Of a stretch of DNA of 64,000 bases, positions 49,046 to 60,200 are shown piece by piece. Each line of letters starts with the position of its first letter. Position 1 is the first letter of the stretch. The position numbers and the translations under genes are program-made. The stretch is from Macrostomum lignano (Eukaryota). The DNA lies in contig NIVC01000436.1 of the NCBI GenBank assembly GCA_002269645.1, forward strand, positions 1-64,000, read 5' to 3'. The notes below the pieces were generated by a model. That model was not told the DNA's origin. It saw only the letters and a list, made by a program, of their open reading frames with translations, and searched no databases.

Positions 49046-50239
49046 GAAATATTTCGAACATTACAACTAAACAATTGGACCAACAATGCCACTGAACGCA
49101 AGGCCTTGACCGTTTCTGCAAGCAATCAAAACCTACATGCATACGCATGTTTAAGTTCTACGCAACAATAATGCATGCGCGGGCTCGACAAAGTGAAACA
49201 TCAAATTTGTCTAACAGGCAACAAATGGTCCAAAATTAGCCATCGCTAAAATGAATTGTAGGTATAATTATGATACACGCAAACTCCTTATTCTGCATGC
49301 TCATTCATTGTCTTCTTTCTATTCGCATTCAGGGCCAGAGAAAGATAAATATGCTTTCTAGAATTTTCTTTTGCTATACAAACTTGAGTAAGAAAATTTC
49401 ACCCTACAAGCTCTGAGTGCGTGGTGAGTGGCGCTATCATCTCCTGAGAAAGAAACTGCATGGCAGTTCATTAGGAACTTGAAAAAATCGTATAAACAGC
49501 ATAAAAAATCCAGCGAAATGCGCATGCGTCTACTAGATCAAGCATAGTTAGTAGTGTAATTTGACTTTAACTAATATTCTGTTGTTTAACACTTGGAATT
49601 ATGACGCTGCAATGATTCATCCCAAAGCATTCTGTACAGTTTTACCTATAAGCTGCCTAACTCTAAACCGATCCCCATGTTTTTGGCATTCTGAATGCAG
49701 CCACTGCAGATCCTATCCAAGAATTCTTCTCATATATATTTATACTATACATACATGCAGCCAGGCTTTAGCTGCTGGGTAGAGAAGGCTGTGCAAGGAA
49801 GAGGATCGAAGCTGAAAGCAGAAAAGCTGAAGCAGGCAAATTTTTCGGTTCAACGATCGCCCTTCCCTCCCCAAGGAATTTTAGTAGGGGATAAGAGTCG
49901 AAATTCTGCATGCAATAACATGCAAATCTGCCGCAGAATCTACATGTACCGCGGATTAAAAGTACAACCCATGTTAGAAACAATGTGTGCATACATATAC
50001 AGTACATGTACATTAACAGTACCCTGAATACATATACGAATGAAACTTGAATGCAAATCTTCCATTTAGAGGTCAAACGTGCGCCTGCAGAAGTTAATTA
50101 GATTAGATGACTGACTGACTGATTAGCATAAATGCAAACTGTAAATGTACATTCAAAATTTTGAAGTGTAGTTAGGTGCATACGAATATTTGTTTATTTA
50201 ACAATTGCAGGAGAACTCGACTGTCGACTACCCAAGATT

Positions 50240-50580
50240 TATTTAGGTTAGGGTTTAGGTTAGAGTTAGGTTTTAGGTTTAGGGTTAGAGTTAGGTTAGG
50301 ATGCTACGGTTTTAGGTTAGGCTTGAGGTTGATTTTAGCTAGGTAGGGTTGTTAGTTAGATTTAGGTTAGGTTAAGATTGGAGTTAAGGTTTTTGGCTTA
50401 GGGTCGAGTTAGTGTTCAGATTAGGTTTCGGGTATAGGTTAGTATATTGAGTAGAGTTTCAGTCAGGTTAAGATTGGAGCTTAGGGTTTTAGTTTTAGGG
50501 TTTGAGGCTTAAGGGTTAGAGCTAGGGTTTTAGGTTAGGGTTGCAGATAAATTTAGGTCAAGAATCGGAGTTAGGTTTTA
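50240..50580. repeat. Degenerate interstitial telomere-like tract (TTAGGG/TTAGG variants)
   Basis: For example GGTTAGGGTTTAGGTTAGAGTTAGGTTTTAGG. Confidence 0.75.
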
Positions 50581-50979
50581 CGGCAAGTTTAGCAGCCAGT
50601 CAATTGTAATAAACCGAAATCGCAGCCGATCCATGTACATGTTAACCAATTATTCAATGACACCTGTACAGAGCAGAGCTATATCTCTATTTTATCTTTA
50701 TCTAAACGCCAGGGAGGCAGAGAGGCCTAAAGGGGCTAAGCAAAGTGCCCTCAGCCAGTCATTTTGGTCATTTCGGTGTACAGGCTGAACTCTCTTATTA
50801 AAACACGAGTGCAAGCTGAGGCGAAATTTCTTAATGAAAGAAGCAACTATTAACTAGCAGCAACCATGTGTCAAACATAAAAGAGACATCATTTCAAATG
50901 TAAAAACAAGCGTCATGCCAAACAAAATGGAGCCACTATAAAGCTAAGGAAATTGTTGCACTAGCTACTTGTTATCAGG

Positions 50980-52165
50980 GTGATGCTTGCTATCTGAGGG
51001 ATGCTTGCTATCTGCAGGATGCTTGCTATCTGGGGGATGCTTGCTATCTGAGGGATGCTTGCTATCTGGGGGATGCTTGCTATCTGGGGGATGCTTGCTA
51101 TCTGGGGGATGCTTGATATCTGGGGGATGCTTGCTATCTGGGGGATGCTTGCTATCTGGGGGATGCTTGCTATCTGGGGGATGCTTGCTATCTGGGGGAT
51201 GCTTGCTATCTGGGGGATGCTTGCTATCTGGGGGATGCTTGCTATCTGGGGGATGCTTGCTATCTGGGGGATGCTTGCTATCTGGGGGATGCTTGCTATC
51301 GGGGGGATGCTTGCTATCTGGGGGATGCTTGCTGTCTGGGGGATGCTTGCTGTCTGGGGGATGCTTGCTGTTTGGGGGATGCTTGCTGTCTGGGGGATGC
51401 TTGATATCTGGGGGATGCTTGCTATCTGGGGGATGCTTGCTGTCTGGGGGATGCTTGCTATCTGGGGGATGCTTGCTATCTGGGGGATGCTTGATATCTG
51501 CAGGATGCTTGCTATCTGGGGGATGCTTGCTATCTGGGGGATGCTTGCCATCTGGGGGATGCTTGCTATCTGGGGGATGCTTGCTATCTGGGGGATGCCT
51601 GCTATCTGGGGGGATGCTTGCTGTCTGGGGGATGCTTGCTATCTGGGGGATGCTTGCTATCTGGGGAATGCTTGCCATCTGGGGGATGCTTGCCATCTGG
51701 GGGATGCTTGCTATCTGCAGGATGCTTGCTATCTGCAGGATGCTTGCTATCTGGGGGATGCTTGCTATCGGGGGGATGCTTGCTATCTGGGGGATGCTTG
51801 CTGTCTGGGGGATGCTTGCTGTCTGGGGGATGCTTGCTGTCTGGGGGATGCTTGCTGTCTGGGGGATGCTTGATATCTGGGGGATGCTTGCTATCTGGGG
51901 GATGCTTGCTGTCTGGGGGATGCTTGCTATCTGGGGGATGCTTGCTATCTGGGGGATGCTTGATATCTGCAGGATGCTTGCTATCTGGGGGATGCTTGCT
52001 ATCTGGGGGATGCTTGCTATCTGGGGGATGCTTGCTGTCTGGGGGATGCTTGCCATCTGGGGGATGCTTGCTATCTGGGGGATGCTTGCTATCTGGGGGA
52101 TGCTTGCTATCTGGGGAATGCTTGCCATCTGGGGGATGCTTGCCATCTGGGGGATGCTTGATATT
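50980..52165. repeat. 18-bp minisatellite GATGCTTGCTATCTGGGG
   Basis: About 65 copies. It is the source of the ASIPQI, GGCLLS and WGMLAI ORFs. Confidence 0.97.
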
Positions 52166-53334
52166 TGGGAGGCAAGAGGCTTTTTAGAGGGAATGTCTGT
52201 TGTCTTTGTGAAGGCTTTATTTTGCTATCTTTTTGTTACTTGTAGAGAACAGAGATTCTATCCAGATGTCCCCCACCGGGGGGGCGAAGATTGCTAATAA
52301 TAAAATAAAGTTAAACACATTAAGACAATAATAATTAATCCATATCTTTTTCAATCCTGACAAATTGCTGCAGCTATAAACAGTTGTTGAATACAAGTGT
52401 GTTCCAATTTGAGTTAATAAACACATATATAATATATTTATCATACATACAATGCTACTATACTATTTAAAACAAAACTATCGGTCATACAATTTAAGCT
52501 AGATTTAATAACCGCTTACAAAAACACGCACACGCAACGACAATTAAGTAAACGAATAAGTAAAAAGCTTCCCCCATCCCCGGTTTTACATGTTACTCTC
52601 TAGCTGACCTCTTCAAATTCTTAATAATAATGAAACAATTCTCAAGCGTCTGACATGGGCTGTGTAAATATTAATATGTTAAACTGAAATAGTTCTATAC
52701 AAAAATATGTGTTATGCATTAGCCGCATCAGTTCAATGTATATGTATATTAATGAGTAGTTTGGTGCCATCGTACAGAGAGGACAGTTGCAAACACACAG
52801 ACAATTACACAAAAGACGCAGTGCATGCACAGATTGATGCAAACAATAATCATAATAAGTAACAATAAAGAATAACAAGCAAGCAAGCAATTACAGGTAA
52901 GCTGAATAATATGTAGAGCAGGTAATTCATAGATTGGACTATTTACAGAACACGGCTGGACAGACAGACAGGCAGGCAGATAAACAAGACAAAAACAAAT
53001 TTGGGACAGCCGAAATTTAAAAACATAACAATCAGTTAATTCAGTAGACAGAGAAACAGTACACACAAGCACAAGAGACAGGCTGTGTGTGCGCGCTACA
53101 CCTTCTCCCCCTCTTTCTAGGCTGGTATTCAAATCGGATAGAAAAATATTCTAATGACAATATTAAAAGTTGAATAATAAATAAGAAATTAATGAAAATA
53201 TCATAAAAATTATCACAACAATAGCAACGAAGCTCTAACAATTTGAATAGGCCATCTTTTAAAGCTATTATTAAACAACCAGTTTCGTTGCTATGGCAAT
53301 GATAACTATTATTATTATTATTATTGTTCCCCAT

Positions 53335-54166
53335 TCACACGGTGGTGACAACAACCAGCAGGTGCGGAGTCTCCGAATTAGGCTGCGGAAACAGATTCGA
53401 GTACAGATCGTCAGCGTAGTGCTTCAGCTTGGCCGTGGCGAACGGGCCGGGCGGGAAGATGTGCACCACGTAAGCTGGTTGCTCCTGGTCGCCGAGATAA
53501 TTCACGTTCACAATGCCGGCCGCCTGTTTCTCTTGCAGATATTTGATGAAGGATTCGCGGAGACTGTGCGTCTGTTTGCGATAATCCTGGGCGTTGATGC
53601 CGCAGGCCACAGCTAGCAGCATACAGAACTCGGATTCGTCAGCCATCTTGCGTTCGACGCCTTCTAGTTGAGTTGGCTCCATGCGCATTCGCTGGACAAT
53701 TTTCAGCACCCGAGCCTCATCCGGTGCGGCTAATTCCATAGCGGATTTGACCAGCGCCTCGCTGCCGAACACAAAGTGCATCTGGACTCCGGCTTCGTCG
53801 TTCTTCAACGCCATCTTGCCCTGCCAACGGACCGGATAGCGACGTAGTAGGCCCTCTAATTGAGACGATTGGGGCGGCGGAGCGGCCTGCGGTTGCGGCT
53901 GCTGCTGCTGCGGCGTTGGCGGCGGCTGGTGATGATGCAGATGGTTCGGCAGCTGGGGCGGCGGTTGCTGCTGCTGCTGGGGCGGCGGCGGCGGCTGCTG
54001 CGGCTGTTGCCCTACCGCGCCACCGTTGGGCGGCAATAACTGCAGCTGAGGATAGGCGGCAGCCGTGGCGTAGGCCGGATAGAGCAGGTCCTGCCTGTAC
54101 TGATTGAAGTACTGCATGTACAGCGCTGCCTGTAATTGCTGCACCTGCTGATGCTGCTGCTGATGC

Positions 54167-54219
<53 letters not shown>

Positions 54220-57200
54220 TTGCATCAGCTGATGATTGTAAGCGGCAGCGGCCGCAGCAGCGGTTGGATCAGCGGCGGCACCAACTGGGCCGCCAAGTTG
54301 AGAGACCATCGATTGAGGCGGCGGTGGCGGTGGCGGAGGATGCGGCAGCTGCTGGTGCATTGAAGCGGCAACCTCCGACAGGTTAGACGGTGGCAACGGC
54401 ACTGGAGGAGGAGGCGGCGGCGGCGGAGGCGGCGGTTGCAGCAAGATCTCGCCGCCAACAGAAGTAGGCGCGGCCGAAGACACAGCAGCTGGGTGATGAT
54501 GATGCATTGGCACAGGCATCGAGTGCTGATGCTGCAAGGCTGTTGTTGGCAGCATGTGAGGCGGCGGCAGGTGCTGCTGCTGCACGGGCCCAGGAGTAGA
54601 CGAGGACGATTCGTCAATGTGCAAATGGCGATACTTTTCTCTGTCCATGTATTTGTCTAAATCTACCCGGCCTTCGGTGACGTCTTGAATAATTTCGTCA
54701 ATATGAAGTAGTGCCAAAGCTTCCATTGGCGGCGGCTGTTTGCGGGCAGGTTTCTGCTTGTGCTGGCTAGCTGATGGAGCGACTGTGCTTGTTGAAGGCG
54801 TCGTGGAAGCTGCGGTGACTGTTAAGGACGCAGTTGAAGCTGTAACTGCCGCTGAGTTGTTGCTGTTCATGGCCGCGCCAGTCAGACAGATGGTAGGTTG
54901 CTGCTGCTGCTGCTGCTGCGCTGGGAGCAGCTGAGTCTGGGCAATTGAAGCGGTTGCCGCTTGCAGAACCTGCTGCTGCTGCTGCTGTTGCTGCTGTTGT
55001 ATCGAAGCGGCGCTGGACGGTGTCAGAACGTCGTTGAAGGTATTCTCGAGATGCTTCTCCCAGGTTTTATTAGCAGTTGCGGTTGCTGATGGAGTAGCAG
55101 CGGTACTCCGGTGCTGTTGTTGATGCTGATCATGCGCCTGCGCCTGCGCCTGCGTTGTGGTTGTTGGCGGACGAACGGAAATGAGCGAATGCGAGCTCAG
55201 CTTGATGGTAGCAGCCGGGGCGGCGGCGCCATGCTGCTGCTGTTGCTGCTGCTGCTGCAGATGAAGCAAGGCCTCCGAGGTGACCACGGGCGGCTGGGCA
55301 ATCTTGCCGGCAGTCACAAGTGTTGCCGGAGCTGCCGCCGATGATGCAGCAGTAGTCGATGATGTTATCGGCACTGCGGCAGACGATACAGTTGAAGGCG
55401 GCGGCAGTGGAATGAGCGGCCTCAGATTAATGTGCTGCTGCTGCTGCTGCAGTTCAGCACTCCTAGCCGCAGAGGCAGCCGCAGTTGGTAGCACACTGAT
55501 AGATGGAAACTGGAACTGATGCGACTGCTGCACACTGGCGGCAGAGGAGGAACCAGAGCCGGTCAGAGAGATGTTCGGCTTCTGTATTGACGACGCCGAA
55601 TGCGGTTGGGCTCGCTGCTGGCTCAGCTGGGTCAGAGCGTGGGCCGCCGTGGCTTCCAGATCGGACGCCGCGCTGGCAGCGGCGGCTGTTGCGGCAGAAG
55701 ACAAAGACGACGCGGAAGAGGATGCCGGCTGCTGTTGCTGCTGCTGTACAGACTGCTGCGGCAGCTTCGGAGATAGAATCCGTTGAGCCGACGGCTTGGC
55801 GGCAGCCGAGGCAGCAGGTTTGGCATCGGTGGCTGCGGCAGCGGCAGCGTCGCTAGCCAAATTCGGCGGTCCCTCATCGTCATCGTCGTCCTCGTCGGTA
55901 GACGGTCGGCCGGCCTGCTGCTCCATCTCGCTGGTGCTGATCCGCTCAATCGGCGGCAGGTCGGGCGCCGGCACGAACGCTTCGTCGTCCTCGTCGTTGT
56001 CGTCTTCGACATCGACGACGGCAGCTTCGGGCAATAGCTTTCGCTTCTCGGTGACGGAGCACGGGTCGAGCTGGGCCTTGGCCTCGGCAAAGATGTCGGT
56101 CAGGCGGGTGACAGACCGGCCAGTCTGGGGACTCAACGGCTCGCTAATTGTGTCGGCCAGACTCTCGTGCGTCATCTCTACAGTTGACGGAGTTCGTACG
56201 TCTTCCGGCGTAGGCAGAAAATCGTCCTCGTCGTCGTCTTGATGGCCAACATCCGACTCGCCTGACGACAGATGGCCGAACACGCTGTCTACCGACATTT
56301 TGCCTTTGGCGCCGCTGCCGGCTGCGAATAGGCGATGCTTCTGCTGTTGTTGTCGGGACTGTCGACGAGACGATGCTGAGCCTGACGTCGCGGCTTCGCT
56401 AGCAGCGGCGGCGGCCAGCGAAGAGCCCGATGGTACAGCCGATTTTACAGGCGATGGCCGGCCGCTGGCAAAGTGCGCCTGCCGACGGGTGGCCGACGCT
56501 GACGTGGCGGACGATGATGACGGATGCTGTTGGCGTTCTTTCTTGATAGCGGAGATTGGCTTGGCAGGAGTGGCTAAAGCAGCAACAGGCTTAGGAGGCT
56601 TGCGCTCGGCGCCGCTGTCACTGCTGCTGCTGGTGGATCGTTTCTTAATTTTACTGGCTGCAGTCGAAGGCTGCGGTCGCTTCGATCGTTCGCTTCGATC
56701 GGAGTTGCTGTCCGAATCGCTGCCGCTACTGCTGCTACCGCTATTGCTGCTGCTGTTGCTGGAACAGCTATGACTGCTGCGAGCACTGGACATGCTCTTC
56801 TTGCTACTCCGGCTGCCAGTGCTGACTGTGCCCGCTGATTTCTTCGGCGTGTGCCGATGCTGGTGCTTACGAGCCGGCGTTGACACAGCAGCCGAGGAGA
56901 TCGCTGGCGGAGTTGCAGCCTCCTCCTCCTCATCATCATTTTCCATAGCGTCCTCGTTGTCATCGCGGCTAGAATCGCCCTCTTCGTTTGAATCGGAATC
57001 CGAATGCTTAGTCAACGAGCCGCGCATGCTAGGCACCGAGGCCGACGCTTGCAACGATTTCATTCGACGCCGCTTTGAACTCTGCGAACCCGAGCCGCTG
57101 CCGCGGTCTCTTCTGCGCTCCTTCGACGAGTTAGTAGCGCCGCCGCCGCCGCCAGGTCTTAGTTGGACATCGGTGGCTCGACCAGCTTGTCGGCGTTTGA

Positions 57201-60200
57201 TCTTGTCGTACATGGACTCGTAGGGCGACATGGCGGCGAATTCGGCTGCCCAATTAATAGTGGAACTGTTGCTATTGCTAACTACAGACGACTGGCGCAC
57301 AGTTGCGGCAGGTTTCCAATCTGCCGAGTCCGAATCCGAGGACGACACGATGGAATTCTTCTTACGCTTGCTAGACACGGTCGAAGGCTTCGGCTGCTGC
57401 TGCTGCTGTTGCGGCCTGCTGTTAGCAGAGTCAGTTGCGGCGTCGACAGAGATTGACTTCTCAAATTTAGTCTTCTTTTTAGCGCTGGCGCCCAACGATT
57501 CGTCAACGCTGCTTAGTCTAGGCGTCTTAGTGGCCGGCCGGGGAGTTGACGAAGACGTCGACGCAGCGGCGGCAGCGGCCGCGGTTGCGGCTTTTTCTGA
57601 TTCCCGACGCAATCGGCGTCGCTCCTTTTTTTGAGCGCGTGCGGCCTCTTTGGCTGCTCGACGGGACTCTTCAGACGATGAGGACAATGAGGCGCGCTGC
57701 CGCTGCTGTTGCTGAGGCTCACTAGAAGACACCTTCTCAGTCTTGATGGACACTTGTGATGCGAGCTGCTGTTGTTGCTGCTGTTGTTGTTGCTGCTGTT
57801 TCCGCTGCTCCTTACCGTGGACAGTGTCGCTAGGCTTAGCTATTGCCGCCGTTTTACCAGCAACAGTTGGCTTCTGCTGCCCGCTGTCCTGACGGCTTCG
57901 CTCAGGCTGCTGCGAATGCTGCTTCTTCTTGACGGTAGTCGGCGCGGTTGTCAACGCTGATGATGACTGGGTGACGCTGGCAGCAGTCTGTTGCTGATGC
58001 TGCTGCTGCTGATTATCTGGCTTGAACAACACGTCGGCAATTGAGGGCCGACGCTCGGATTTCACTTTCATCTTTTTAGGCTCGCTAGGCTGATCAGCTA
58101 GAGACGACGAAGACGAATGATGATGATGGTGGTGGTGATCAGGAGTCTTGCGCTTGGCTACATTTTGATTTAACGAATAGGCTGTACTTGTAGCAGCGGC
58201 GGCGGCAGACGACGGCGATATTGATAACGGCTTGCTGTTGGCAACAGCTGGCGACGGAGTTGCCGAAGCAATCGAACTTGGCGTTGGCGGAGGATGCAAC
58301 GGCGACTTTAAAGCGCTCGCCGAAGCAGTGCCGGTTGTCGTAGACGACGACATTGTCGGCGTTGTAGTTGTCGCTGTTGGCGATTTCAGTATCGAACGAA
58401 CATTAGGCGACGCAATTTGCGGACTCCAACAGCTGACATGCTGTTGCTGCGGCTGTTGAAACGATGGCGGAGCAACATTCGGCGAGGCGATTGGAACGCC
58501 CGAGGAAGAAGGCGTCGAAGGAATGGACGCCGAAGCGACGCTACTAGGCGTTGCCGTAGTTGCTAACGATGCTGTTAAGCCGATGCTGATAGACAGTGGC
58601 GCCTGATGGTGCATATGCTGCTGCTCCAATCGCCGAGCATCCTGGGCAAACACTGACGATTTAGCGGACGCAGCCAGCATGCTTTTAACAAAATCGCTAG
58701 TGTCCTGAATTGGCGCTGGCGTAACAGCGCCGCCGATTGCCGGCGACGAGGCTGGAGCGCTGCTGACGCCGCCAGCGGACAGGGCGGGAGACGGCACCGT
58801 GGCTGCGGAAGCAGACGAACTGCAGCTGGTTGATAATGGCAGAGCACTTCCAGGAGCCGAGGAACAAACTGTTGCCGAGGAGGTATTAGTAGCGGCTGCG
58901 GCGGAAACGCACAACGGCGGGAGATTGGTCTCGTTACGTTTCCGTATACGGAATTTACTATAGTCGATAGTTGGCGCACCGCTTGCTGCTGTTACAGTTA
59001 CCGTTGCTGTTGCAGACGCTGCTGTTGCTGCTGCTGCTGCTGTTGGAGTTGCAGAGGACAAGGAAGAGGCGGAGGAAGCAAAAACAGATGATGTAGGCGC
59101 GGAGGAAGACACTGTCGCAGCGGCAGACATCGAGGACAAGGAAGTGGACAGCGTAGAGTAAGAAGTCAAACCGCCTGTAGTCGACAGGGATGCCGACGTA
59201 GTGGGCGGCAGCCTTGTCGGCGCTAATCTAGCATCGATGGCGCGGATTCTGGCTTCAACTTCGCGATCCTGCTCGGACTCGAACGTGTCCGGGGAGTGCC
59301 GCCCAGATGCCTGCGTGGTGGCCGCAGCGGCGCTAGAAGTCGCTGACGAAGCCGACGGATGGTGATGATGCGAATGATGATGATGCTGAGAATGGTGATG
59401 ATGCTGATGATGCGCTGAATGAGTCGGCGGCCGCAACGATGCACTGGACGACGAGGAAGGCGGTGGCGGCGGCGGAGGTGGCGGAGGCGGGGGCGGCGGT
59501 GGAGGCGGCGGCGGAGGCGCCGAGGTCTGACTGACTGCGCCGGCGCTTGGCGTCACTAAATCTGTTGAGCGACTGCGCGACACCAGATCCTGCAGCAGGC
59601 GCAGCATAACCTGCTTCTGGTCTGTTGCTCCGGCCTTGCTGCTGCTAGTAGCAGGCTGCTGTTGCTGTTGAAGCCTCGGATCCCGAGGTGGCGGCTGCGC
59701 GTCGGGCGCAGCGGCGGACGGCGACGAAGATGACGGGCAACCGTTGGCCGTTCGCCTCTGCTGCTCGTCTATTGAAGAAGCCGAAGCGGAAGCCGATGCA
59801 GCTTCTGTTTCCCGACGAATCTCTTTTATAGCGGCATCAACAGAGGCGGATGCGCAGGCTGAGAATGCGGTGGCGGATGCGGCGGTGGCCACCGAATCGG
59901 CGCTGTCCCGCCTGGCGCGTCGACGCTTCTGACTGGCGTCGTCGGAGTCGGAGCTGACTGGACTGTGCTGCAGATGCTGCTTTTGATGTTGCAGCGGCGT
60001 TGCCAGCGTTGCAACGGGCTGTTTGCTGCTGCAGCTATTAGAAGAAGCTTCCAATCCGTCGGCAGTTCTGTAGAATGAAAAATTATGAACAAGAATAATA
60101 ACTAACAAAGTGTAGTATCATATTAATAATTTATTTTAAGAAATCTACTAGCAGCACGTCTAGCCACGGCAGAAATTTGTGTAAACAAAAAAGAGATGTT

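Noticed and set aside
47907-49171. Pro/Phe/Ser-rich 387-399 aa ORFs
   Set aside because: A pyrimidine-only strand cannot encode stops, so these are artefacts.
50961-52297. ASIPQI / GGCLLS / WGMLAI ORFs up to 436 aa
   Set aside because: An 18-bp repeat open in most frames on both strands, with no synonymous-site pattern suggesting selection.
53286-53299. X-box-like GTTGCTATGGCAAT
   Set aside because: It lies just 3' of the spen stop with no nearby gene start that I can identify, so it is unsupported as a promoter element.
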